Assembly: GCA_038043285.1 (NCBI GenBank)
Contig: JBBTCJ010000041.1
Span: forward strand, 13,826 to 77,825
From: Planctomycetota bacterium
GTDB lineage: Bacteria > Planctomycetota > Phycisphaerae > UBA1845
DNA: 64,000 nt
Reading direction: 5' to 3'
Every line of letters starts with the position of its first letter. Positions within the stretch are counted from its first letter, which is position 1. The position numbers and the translations under genes were made by a program. The notes below the pieces were generated by a model. It was given only the letters and a program-made list of their open reading frames with translations, was not told the origin of the DNA and searched no databases. This document shows positions 46,321 through 54,841 of this stretch, in pieces.

Positions 46321-47184
46321 ATGACGGCACGTGCATACGCCGACGTCGTTCGCCCCGTTCGCCGAAGCATTCTGGCGGCGCCCTTCCTGCCGGCAATGCT
46401 TTTCGGATGTGGTACGCTGGTTCCGCCGGTTCCGGCGCCGATGTTCACTTCGCCGCTGGAGATCAACGGGAAACACGTCGGACCCGCGATCATCGACACC
46501 GGCGGCGGATACGAGATCATCCTCAGCGACGATTTCGGACTCGACGTCCTGGGAAAAGTCGAAGTGCTCGCCTTCAGCGGACGTGAATTCGTGGACGTGA
46601 CCGAGGGCTTCAACTTCGCCGTAGGCGGCGTCACCGGAAGCGCCGAGGGCGCGCTCGTGGGACTTTCAACCTGCCGCTGCAACGGCGTGGGGTTCATCTT
46701 CATGAAAAAGCTCGGCAAAGTCCTTGCGCTGGACTTCGCGACCATGTCGGTCGAGTTCATTGACGCCGTGCCGACGGATGCAACGAGGTTGGCCTTTCAG
46801 TCCCCACCACCGTCCCTGCCCGGCTTCGACAGCGCTTTCATCAACGTGCAAGTGACGGTCGACGGCGAGACCATCGACCTCCTGGGGCTGCTGGACACCG
46901 GGACCAACAGCAGCGTCATGCGTGACGGGCTGTTCTCGACCAAGCCTCGGTTTCTGCCCAACCGCCTGGACGTCCGCATCGCCGGCGACGACCTCCGCGA
47001 GATTCCGGTGAACGTCGGCCTGTTCGACACCGACGGACTGCCCGACGTCATCCTCGGAACGGATGTCATGCGCGCCTGGAGCAAACGTTGGTACTTCGAA
47101 TTCGGCGAGGACGGCGGAACGGTCGCGGCCATTCCGCACACGGAAGCCCAGACACCTCGTGCCCTATCTGATCTGTTTCGCTAA
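46321..47184 (+). CDS. lipoprotein with two retropepsin-like aspartic-protease half-domains (two DTG motifs)
   Basis: ATG 46321 gives '...AAPFLPAMLFGC', a lipobox. 'AIIDTGGGYEII' and 'GLLDTGTNSSVM' are two D-T-G catalytic-motif segments in a single 287-aa chain. Confidence 0.6.
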   Translation: MTARAYADVVRPVRRSILAAPFLPAMLFGCGTLVPPVPAPMFTSPLEINGKHVGPAIIDTGGGYEIILSDDFGLDVLGKVEVLAFSGREFVDVTEGFNFAVGGVTGSAEGALVGLSTCRCNGVGFIFMKKLGKVLALDFATMSVEFIDAVPTDATRLAFQSPPPSLPGFDSAFINVQVTVDGETIDLLGLLDTGTNSSVMRDGLFSTKPRFLPNRLDVRIAGDDLREIPVNVGLFDTDGLPDVILGTDVMRAWSKRWYFEFGEDGGTVAAIPHTEAQTPRALSDLFR

Positions 47185-47771
47185 GCGTCGCAACGCTCCC
47201 GCGCGCGATCATCCAGAACCCGCCAGCAGATGGAGTTCGGCTCAGCGGTGACCCCCACGACGTGCCCGTCGTGGTGGAAGTGCGACACGGTGAAGCGCCG
47301 ACCGCGAAACTCCATCTCCAGGCTGTCGCATTGCCCGACCTTCGCCAAGCGGCACTCCCCGAGGCCCGAGATTCCGACGCCGTTGGCTTTCAGCGTCGCC
47401 TCCTTCGCGGTCCACAGTCGAAAGAACCCCTCCCAGGTTTTCCCGCCAAGTTGCCCCCACTCCCAGCTCTCCGCAATCTCGTCCAGCATGGACTCTCGAC
47501 GCGGCGCGATCTTCTCGACGTCGACGCCGACAGGCGTGCGCGAAATGGCCGCCGCCGCCCACTCCCGCTTGTGCGAGATCGACCAACACCATCCCTGGTT
47601 GGGCTGGGGCACGGAATCTTCGTCCTGTCGCCAACCCTCCTCCGGCGCGCCGCATTCCCGGGCGCATCGTCGCAACGCCTTCCGGGCGAATTCACGCTGC
47701 AGCGCGACGCGATCCCTGGGAATCAGCCCAGTGCTGTCGGGCAATCGCAAGAACAGGACATGCACGTTCAC
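47181..47771 (-). CDS. Sfp-type 4'-phosphopantetheinyl transferase
   Basis: 'GVDVEKI' and '[12 protein letters not shown]' are PPTase motifs. I prefer GTG 47771 because it overlaps the upstream FabI-like stop as GTGA (47768-47771). The track start is TTG 47789. Confidence 0.75.
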   Translation of the reverse strand: MNVHVLFLRLPDSTGLIPRDRVALQREFARKALRRCARECGAPEEGWRQDEDSVPQPNQGWCWSISHKREWAAAAISRTPVGVDVEKIAPRRESMLDEIAESWEWGQLGGKTWEGFFRLWTAKEATLKANGVGISGLGECRLAKVGQCDSLEMEFRGRRFTVSHFHHDGHVVGVTAEPNSICWRVLDDRARERCDA

Positions 47772-48589
47772 GGGCGACCCGTCGGCCAAACGCCGCGAAG
47801 GGTGTGGTTGACGACCTCGGCGTCGAAGTAATTGGTGCTCATCCCGGCGTCCACCACGATTCCCTGGGCGGTGATCCCGCTCGATCTCTCACTCAGGAGG
47901 AACATCACGACGTCCGCGACCTCTTCGGTGGCCAGCCCTCGTTTGCGCGGCGTGACGCGCTCCGCGAACATGTACTGATCGACGTATCCGGGGATCCCGG
48001 CGGAGGCGCTGGTCTTCAGCAGCCCCGCGCACACCGCATTGAACCGCACCTCCGAGAAGGCGCTGAACGACTTCGCGAGAAACGCGATCGTCGAATCCAG
48101 CGCCGCCTTCGCCGGGGCCATGTAGCCGTAGCTTTCGACGGCCATTCGCGTCGTTGAAATCGAAATGGTCACGACGCTCCCCTTCGGCGACAGCAAGTCC
48201 TTGAAGGCGTTCGCAATGGCCACCAGCGAGTAGCAGCTCACCGAGACGGTCTGCAGGAAGTCGTGGCGCGAGACCTCGTGGAACTTCCCGGAAAACCCTT
48301 CGTAGTTGGCAAACGCGATCGAATGAACGATCCCATCGATCGTGCGTTGGTCGCGCCCGACGTCCTTCGCCAGGGCTGCGATCTGATCGTCGTGCTCCAC
48401 GTCACAGACAAAGACGCTCGCGTCCGGCAGGAGCCTTCGGACGGCCTCCCGGCGCGGTTCAGAGCGAACGCTGCACACGACCTTCGCCCCCTCCGCGAGC
48501 AATCCGCGGGCAACGTGGTAGGCCACGCTGCGTTTGTTGGCGACGCCGAAGACGATGAACGTTTTTCCGTCAACGCCAAGGAAGCTCAC
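47768..48589 (-). CDS. FabI-like enoyl-ACP reductase (SDR family)
   Basis: '[31 protein letters not shown]' is the FabI-type glycine-rich N-terminus. '[10 protein letters not shown]' is the Y-x6-K catalytic pattern. I prefer GTG 48589 with GGAG ~10 nt upstream. The track ORF to 48727 would overlap the FabZ-like gene. Confidence 0.72.
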   Translation of the reverse strand: MSFLGVDGKTFIVFGVANKRSVAYHVARGLLAEGAKVVCSVRSEPRREAVRRLLPDASVFVCDVEHDDQIAALAKDVGRDQRTIDGIVHSIAFANYEGFSGKFHEVSRHDFLQTVSVSCYSLVAIANAFKDLLSPKGSVVTISISTTRMAVESYGYMAPAKAALDSTIAFLAKSFSAFSEVRFNAVCAGLLKTSASAGIPGYVDQYMFAERVTPRKRGLATEEVADVVMFLLSERSSGITAQGIVVDAGMSTNYFDAEVVNHTLRGVWPTGRP

Positions 48590-48629
48590 GTCGAAGTCGC
48601 TCCGTTCTCCAAGGGCGTCGCCAACCCGC

Positions 48630-49106
48630 TCAACCCGCCCCCTCCCTCGCCGGCATGGGCGCGTCGGAAGCTGCACTCCCGGCCAATATGCACGCAAACG
48701 CGACGCGAGCGGCGAGTGATTCTTCAACGCTCGCGCGCCCCGTCAAATAGAAGGCTCCATCCAGCTCATCGTCGAGAGTTACGTCCGTCATCAGGACGTC
48801 GCCCGGATGGACCATGCGTTTGAATCGGGCGTCGGATATTCGCGTAATCACCGGAATCCGCCCCTCAGGATTCGTTCGTCCGATGCGCTGCGCGATCAGC
48901 AGCGCCCCCGCCTGAAAGCAACACTCGCACACCAGCACGCCGGGCATGATCGGCGATTGCGGATAGTGACCGCGGAAAAAATCCCATTCCGGATCGACTT
49001 TCGTCCGCGTCACGATCCGATGCTCGTCCACCTCGACGATCTCATCCACGAACAGGAACGGCGGGCGATGCGGAATCAGCCGCGGAATGTCGGCGGTCTT
49101 GATCAC
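48630..49106 (-). CDS. fabZ: FabZ/FabA-like hotdog-fold 3-hydroxyacyl-ACP dehydratase
   Basis: '[13 protein letters not shown]...[19 protein letters not shown]' is the FabZ active-site region. GTG 49106 overlaps the upstream stop (GTGA at 49103-49106), and GGAGG lies ~10 nt upstream. Confidence 0.82.
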   Translation of the reverse strand: MIKTADIPRLIPHRPPFLFVDEIVEVDEHRIVTRTKVDPEWDFFRGHYPQSPIMPGVLVCECCFQAGALLIAQRIGRTNPEGRIPVITRISDARFKRMVHPGDVLMTDVTLDDELDGAFYLTGRASVEESLAARVAFACILAGSAASDAPMPAREGAG

Positions 49107-50557
49107 CTCGTCGCCCCCTCCAGTCGCGCCTCCCCGCCAGCCGGCGGCCCGGCGCCCAGGTACGCCTGCACCTCGTTGGCGACGATCACGCCGTAGTTGA
49201 TCGCCCCCAGCCAACCCGACATGATGATCCCCACCGATCCGGCGTGAAACAGTCCTCCGACCTGTTTGGGCAAGTCCATGCTCACCTTCAACCCTTCGAA
49301 CTTCGTTCCGAACGTCGCGCCCTGGGCCTGCAGCGTATACCGATGGAAGGTGCGCGGCGTGGAGGCCTCCACGTGGTCAATCTTCGATCGCACGTCGGGA
49401 ATGTACTTCGTCAACGCCTCAAGGGTCGTCTCGATCAGCCGCACCTTGTCGCGCTCGTACTCCTCGTCCGACAGGTGCGCCCAATCGTCCCAGTTGGCAT
49501 TGGTCGAGGAGACGACGGCGTAACGGTCCGACCCCGGGCGAATGTCGGGGTAATACATCGAGAACGTCCGGCTGGTGATCCCCTTGGCGCACAGGCGGAC
49601 CGAATCGAACTCCGTATCCGCGGAGGTAAACAGCAGATCGCCGATGTTGTCGAGCTTCTCGCCGCCACGGATTCCGATATAGACCTGACAACTGCTGTTG
49701 TTCAGCCGCACCGCCCGCGCCTCGGCCATGAATGACGGCGAGAACGGCTCCGGGCCGACCATCTTCTCGATGGTTGTCTTCAGGTTGGCGTTGGACAGCA
49801 CCGCCCCCGCGCGGATGAACCTCCCGTCCGCCTCGACGCCCCTCACCTGTCCGCCGCCGATACAGATCCGGTCGACGCGAACGCTGTGCCGGATATCGAC
49901 GCCGTTGGATTGGAGATCGCGACGCATGAGGCGGATCAGCTTGTCGGTGCCGCCCTGGAAGATAAAGACGCCCTTGCTCATGAAGTTGGAAAACACGATC
50001 CCATAACTGATGGCCGGGTCGTCCAGCGTGGAACCGTTGGCGTAGGCGATCGGCTCCATCAGCAGCCGGACGACGTCGGAGCGTCCGGGAAAGAACCTCT
50101 CGAACAGTTGTCGCGTGGTCATCGACTGATCGTCGTAAAAGTCCATCGCCCGGGCCGCGTCGAAGAACCGGTCCACGGTTTCCTGGGCCACGCCGAACCG
50201 TTCGGTCAGAATCCGCGTGAAGTCCACGCGGTCAAACGTGGTCTCCAGTTGAAACTGCGGATTGTCGAATCGGATTCTCTTGAGCTGCACGATGGAGTCG
50301 GCGATTTCCCGCGTCCAGTACTTGCGGCAACTCTTGATCATTCCAATTGGGAAGCCGTGCAGCGAAATGTCGAAGACGTGCCCGCCCTTCCGCCGGAACC
50401 AAGTGGCCATCCCACCGAGGTTGTAATGCTGCTCAAGGAGCAGGACCGACGCTCCCGCGCGCGCCAGGCAATTGGCCGCCGTCAGACCCGCAAGTCCGGA
50501 TCCGATGACGATCACGTCGTAGTACTCTTTTGCGTCCCTCAGTCGGTCCCGGGCCAT
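49103..50557 (-). CDS. FAD-dependent oxidoreductase, phytoene-desaturase (CrtI) family
   Basis: 484 aa with an ATG start. '[37 protein letters not shown]' is the dinucleotide-binding GxGxxG-x17-E fold, typical of the CrtI/amine-oxidase superfamily. Confidence 0.8.
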   Translation of the reverse strand: MARDRLRDAKEYYDVIVIGSGLAGLTAANCLARAGASVLLLEQHYNLGGMATWFRRKGGHVFDISLHGFPIGMIKSCRKYWTREIADSIVQLKRIRFDNPQFQLETTFDRVDFTRILTERFGVAQETVDRFFDAARAMDFYDDQSMTTRQLFERFFPGRSDVVRLLMEPIAYANGSTLDDPAISYGIVFSNFMSKGVFIFQGGTDKLIRLMRRDLQSNGVDIRHSVRVDRICIGGGQVRGVEADGRFIRAGAVLSNANLKTTIEKMVGPEPFSPSFMAEARAVRLNNSSCQVYIGIRGGEKLDNIGDLLFTSADTEFDSVRLCAKGITSRTFSMYYPDIRPGSDRYAVVSSTNANWDDWAHLSDEEYERDKVRLIETTLEALTKYIPDVRSKIDHVEASTPRTFHRYTLQAQGATFGTKFEGLKVSMDLPKQVGGLFHAGSVGIIMSGWLGAINYGVIVANEVQAYLGAGPPAGGEARLEGATR

Positions 50558-50662
50558 GAGTAAACCAAGGCTAAACGTCGAGAACGGGATGCGGAAACAG
50601 AAAATTGATTGCAGAAATCTTCATGTTCGGCTCCCCATTCAACATTCCCCCCCCCACCTTCC

Positions 50663-52048
50663 TCAATCTCTTTCCAACACGTGCACGTTGGCCATCGTGA
50701 TGCCGCTGAGCATGGCCCCGACGATGCCCAGGAATCCCTGGTCCGTCCCGCAGACGTACAGGTTCTCCACTGGCGTCCGGCCGTCCCGACGTTTCCGCGG
50801 CGAGCCGTATACCGCGCCGTTCAGATGCCCGGTGTAGCGTTCGATTGTACGCGGCGTGAAAAGGTCCGTACAGACGACGTGCCTTCGGATCGGGGCCACA
50901 AACCGAGCCGCATGTTCGAGGAACCGCTCCTCGCACTCGCGCTTGGCCGACTGGTATTCCACCTGGCCCAATCGCGCCCATTGCGAATAATCCGCGAGCC
51001 AGGTCATGCGGAATACCCCCTCCGACATATCCTCATGCCCTTGATAGTTGTTCGGGCAGCAGATCACGCCGCTTCGGCAATCGACGATCCCGGCCGGGCG
51101 GGCGTACTCGAACGCATCCGCGTCGTTGTAGAACATAACCGCGGCGTCGTGACCCAGGGCCGCGGGCGGCGTGTCCAGCACCGCGATCGCCTCCACGAAC
51201 GACACGCAGCCAATCTCGTTGTCAGCGGGCGCCGGCGCCGAATCGGGACAGAGTCGCATGGTCTCCACGAAGCCCGCGGAGGAGAGGACGACGTCAGCCG
51301 TGATGGTCTCTCCGGACTCCAATTCCACGCCGCGCGCCCGCCCTCCATCGACAAGGATCCGCCGGACCGGAGACCGCATCCGCAGTTCGCCGCCGGCGGC
51401 ACGGAAGCGGCGCACCAGCGTTTTGACGATCCGCCGAACGCCCTCGCGCGGTCGCGCAAAACCCTCCAGAAACAGCGCCTTGAACATGGTCACGAACTGC
51501 GTGAAGTCCAGGTCGTGCTCCTCGGCGCTGCCGTAATACATCACCGGGCAGAGCAACATCTCGATCAGCATTGGATCGCCCAGCCGATCCCGCAGCGTTG
51601 CCCGCGCCGACGAATAGGGCGCGTCCAGCCGCACGTCGTCGTACACCTCCAGCGCCCGCACCAGGCGTCGGAAACGATCAACTTCGCGGGGAAACGCCTG
51701 AGCAACTTCCTCGATCAGCAGGCGGACGTCGTTGGAGAACCGCAATCGCGCGGAGGGGAAGCGTACCTCGGAGTGCCGCTGCGGCCGCAGGTCGAAGTCC
51801 TCGCGCGTCAGGCGAAGCTGTCGAAGAAGTTTGGAAAGCGGCGCGTTGCGCCGTTCGGGTCCGCAGAAGTTCGTCACCGCGTGCAACCCGACGTCGAATT
51901 CGCGGCGGCCGATCTTGTAGTACGAATTCAGCCCGCCGAACGCGTAGTGTTTTTCGAGAATGCAAACCCGCTTGTCGAAGTGCGCGACGCGGATTCCCGC
52001 GGCCAAGCCCGACATGCCCGCGCCGATGATGACCACGTCATGGTGCAT
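50663..52048 (-). CDS. FAD-dependent oxidoreductase, phytoene-desaturase (CrtI/CrtD-like) family
   Basis: ATG 52048 gives 'MHHDVVIIGAGMSGLAAGIRVAHFDKRVCILEKHYAFGG'. It is a paralogue-like partner of the adjacent flavoprotein. The track start is 52099. Confidence 0.8.
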   Translation of the reverse strand: MHHDVVIIGAGMSGLAAGIRVAHFDKRVCILEKHYAFGGLNSYYKIGRREFDVGLHAVTNFCGPERRNAPLSKLLRQLRLTREDFDLRPQRHSEVRFPSARLRFSNDVRLLIEEVAQAFPREVDRFRRLVRALEVYDDVRLDAPYSSARATLRDRLGDPMLIEMLLCPVMYYGSAEEHDLDFTQFVTMFKALFLEGFARPREGVRRIVKTLVRRFRAAGGELRMRSPVRRILVDGGRARGVELESGETITADVVLSSAGFVETMRLCPDSAPAPADNEIGCVSFVEAIAVLDTPPAALGHDAAVMFYNDADAFEYARPAGIVDCRSGVICCPNNYQGHEDMSEGVFRMTWLADYSQWARLGQVEYQSAKRECEERFLEHAARFVAPIRRHVVCTDLFTPRTIERYTGHLNGAVYGSPRKRRDGRTPVENLYVCGTDQGFLGIVGAMLSGITMANVHVLERD

Positions 52049-52129
52049 CGCGCTGGAAGCCGAAGTGCCTGGCGTCGTCAGCGGCGCCGGGGGACGCACC
52101 CCGAGCCAGACGCGTGTGGAACAGTGAGA

Positions 52130-52390
52130 TCACCGAGCCGCGACAACTCCGAGCTTAGGGCTGAGGTACTCCACGCACCCGTCGAGCGTGGCGAGCCTCG
52201 GATAATCCTCTTTGGGCACCTCGACCTTGTGCCGCTTCCGCAGCTCCATCACGATGTCCAAAAAGTCCATCGAGTCCAGCTCCAACTGGTCGCGCAGTCG
52301 AAGCTCGCCGCGAAGTTTCGAAACGTCTGCGTCCGGGGCTACCGACGCGATGATCCCGAGGATGATCTGTCTGATTTGCTGTTCGCCCAT
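52130..52390 (-). CDS. acyl carrier protein (cluster-dedicated)
   Basis: 86 aa. 'DQLELDSMDFLDIVMEL' carries the DSxxxL phosphopantetheine-attachment serine motif. Confidence 0.85.
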   Translation of the reverse strand: MGEQQIRQIILGIIASVAPDADVSKLRGELRLRDQLELDSMDFLDIVMELRKRHKVEVPKEDYPRLATLDGCVEYLSPKLGVVAAR

Positions 52391-52437
52391 GCCGTCTTTA
52401 TGCCCTGCAACCCGATCCCATTACGCCTACACTTCCC

Positions 52438-53676
52438 TCACCCGGCATATCGCTTCACAATCACCGCCGAGTTAATCCCAAGCATCCCGAACGAGTTGTT
52501 CAGGATGTAATCCACCCGACCAACCTCCCTCGGCTGACTCACCACCAGGTTCCGCACGGCGCAGCGCGGATCCAGGTTCTCCAGGTTCATCGTCGCGTGA
52601 ACCATTCCGTCATCGAACGATCCCAGATTCCCCGCAAGCTCCAAGGCGCCGGCCGCACCCATCGCGTGACCGATGAAGCTCTTCGTGTTGTTCACGAACA
52701 CGCCGTCAAAATCGCCGAAGACTTGCCGGAGCGCCACGACCTCCTGAATGTCTCCGGTCTCCGTCGCGGTCGCATGGGTGCTCAGAATGTCCACGTCCCC
52801 CGGCGCGATGCCCGCTCGCTCGACGGCCGACGTCATGCACTCCGCGATGCGTTCGGGATTCGGAAGAACCGGATCCTCCGCGTCGGAGTTCATGGAATAT
52901 CCGACCACCTCGGCCACGATCGGCGCGCCGCGACGTTTCGCGTCCGCCAGCCGCTCAACGACAAACAGACACCCGCCTTCGGCAACGACGATTCAGTTGC
53001 GGGCAACGTCGAACGGCCGACTCGCCCTCGAGGGATCCTCGTGCCGCGCGAGTGCGTTCTGGCTGGCGAAACTCGCAAAGATCCCAAACGAGTGAATCGC
53101 CTCGGAAACGCCGCCGGCGATGGCCAAGTCCACCTCGCCAAGCCGAAGCATCTGCACGCCCTGGATCAACCCGGCGTTACCCGCGGCGCACGCCGCGCCA
53201 ATCGTATAATGCGGGCCGGTAAGACCCAAGTTCACCGTCACCTCCCCCGCCGGGTTGTTGGCCACGGTCCGCGGGTTGTGGTGGTGCGACCAGAACTTGG
53301 TGTCATAGTCGTATTGGCGGATGACGTCAATCTCGTTTTCCGTCTCCACCGTCCCATGTTCAGTGATGCCAATATAGGTTCCGATCCGCCGACGATCGAC
53401 CCGTCCAAGCTCAATCCTCGCCGAGCGTAGAGCCTCATGCGCGCAGTAAATCGAGATCGCCCCGGCCCGGGTTCCCCGCCGCCGATCCTTCCTGGCTTGA
53501 TACTTTTGCTCGTCGAAATGACAGACGCCCGCCGGCACCTCGCCGATGAACCGTGTCCGGATGGTCGAAACCCCCGAGCGACCGGCCAGCAGGCTCCGCC
53601 GAAACTCCCCCAGGTTGTCCCCGTTGGGCGCCGTCAAGCCGATGCCTGTGATGACCACCCGGTCGTCGATCGCCAT
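52438..53676 (-). pseudogene. beta-ketoacyl-ACP synthase (KAS I/II type) interrupted by one in-frame TGA at 52993-52995
   Basis: ORFs 52993..53676 and 52438..52917 are in the same frame. The continuous reading is '...RASRPFDVARN*IVVAEGGCLFVVERLADAKRRGAPIVAEVVGYSMNSD...'. The active-site Cys ('IGAACAAG') is in the N-half. Both His residues ('STHATAT', 'FIGHAMGAAG') are in the C-half. Confidence 0.7.
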
Positions 53677-53812
53677 CCCGCCGTTCCCATCCCGATTTCC
53701 GAGCGAACCGCCTCACAGCCCCGCTCTCGTTCCGCTTCCCCACCTTGACCAATCTTAGCAGAACCGTCACCCAGGGAAACCGAACGAGTGGCGGTCCGGC
53801 CCCTGGGGTCCG

Positions 53813-54841
53813 TCAGGCGGGTACGGCCAGGCGACAACTCGGCTCCGAGGATTCCCGAAGCCACTGCGTCAAGCGATCCACGCCCTCGCTTGTCGAGATG
53901 CTCGGGCGATAGCCGAGGTCGGTCCTGGCTGCCTGGATGTCGAAATAGTGGGATTTTGCCAACTGGCAGGCGAGAAAGCGGGTCATTCGCGGCTCATGGC
54001 GAACGCCCAGCAGCAGGTAGACAGCTTCAAGGCAGGCGCCCAAGGCGAACGCCGGGCGGAACGAAAGCGTGTGATGAACTGGTTTCACTCCCACGACCCG
54101 TAGGATTCCGTTCAGCCAAGGCCACAGGCTGACTGGCTCGCCCTGGCTGATGAAGTACGCCTTTCCTCCGCAGGCGGCCTCCGGACCGACGGCATCGCCG
54201 GCAAGGACGTGCGCCTCCGCCGCATTGTCGATAAACGTAATGTCCACGAGATTCTTCCCGTTCCCGACCTGGCGAAGCTGCCCGGCCTTCGCCAAGGCGA
54301 TGACCCGCGGGATCAGGTGTGGGTCGCCCGGCCCCCAGATCAGGTGCGGCCTTAGCGCGACGGTACTCAATGCGGCACCGTGCGCCGCAAGGACGATTCG
54401 CTCCGCCGCCGCCTTGCTCCTCGGATACGCCGCGAGGTACTCCATCGGGTACGGTTGCGACTCGTTGACTCCGCACAATTCCTCCTGCCCGAACACCACG
54501 CTCGGCGAGCTGGTATACACAAGCTTCGGCACCCGCCCAGCGAAACACGCCTCGACGACGTTGCGCGTCCCCTCGACGTTGGTCCGCCAAAAATCGTCGG
54601 GCTTTCCCCAGATTCCGGTCAGGGCCGCGACGTGATAGACGATGTCGCACCCGCAACACGCTCGACGGACGACATCCGAATCCGCGACGTCGCCGCGCAC
54701 ACACTCCGCGCCGCCGGACTCCAACCACGGGTAGTGACGCCGCCCCAGCACGCGAACGGCGTCGCCGCGATCGAGCAGCATCTGGGCGATGCGTCCGCCG
54801 AGAAAACCGCCCCCGCCCGTCACCATTGCCTTTAGCGACAT
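53813..54841 (-). CDS. NAD(P)-dependent 3beta-HSD/epimerase-family reductase, OleD-like
   Basis: 'AMVTGGGGFLGGRIAQ' is a Rossmann motif. 'YPRSK' is the SDR Y-xxx-K pattern. 'VALRPHLIWGPGDPHLIPR', 'NLVDITFIDNAAEAH' and 'GKAYFISQGEP' resemble OleD-type reductases as I recall them. ATG 54841 overlaps the upstream stop by 10 nt (alternative ATG 54826). Confidence 0.75.
   Translation of the reverse strand: MSLKAMVTGGGGFLGGRIAQMLLDRGDAVRVLGRRHYPWLESGGAECVRGDVADSDVVRRACCGCDIVYHVAALTGIWGKPDDFWRTNVEGTRNVVEACFAGRVPKLVYTSSPSVVFGQEELCGVNESQPYPMEYLAAYPRSKAAAERIVLAAHGAALSTVALRPHLIWGPGDPHLIPRVIALAKAGQLRQVGNGKNLVDITFIDNAAEAHVLAGDAVGPEAACGGKAYFISQGEPVSLWPWLNGILRVVGVKPVHHTLSFRPAFALGACLEAVYLLLGVRHEPRMTRFLACQLAKSHYFDIQAARTDLGYRPSISTSEGVDRLTQWLRESSEPSCRLAVPA

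Noticed and set aside
50609-52510. 633-codon plus-strand ORF
   Set aside because: It is antisense to the FAD-oxidoreductase, ACP and KS genes and has no motifs.
52993-52995. Genome-wide TGA-to-Gly (or other sense) reassignment as the explanation for the in-frame TGA in the KS
   Set aside because: TGA clearly terminates other well-defined genes at homologous C-termini, for example the M16 gene at 4430-4432 and the FabI-like and CrtI-like genes with GTGA overlaps. Standard code 11 fits the window.
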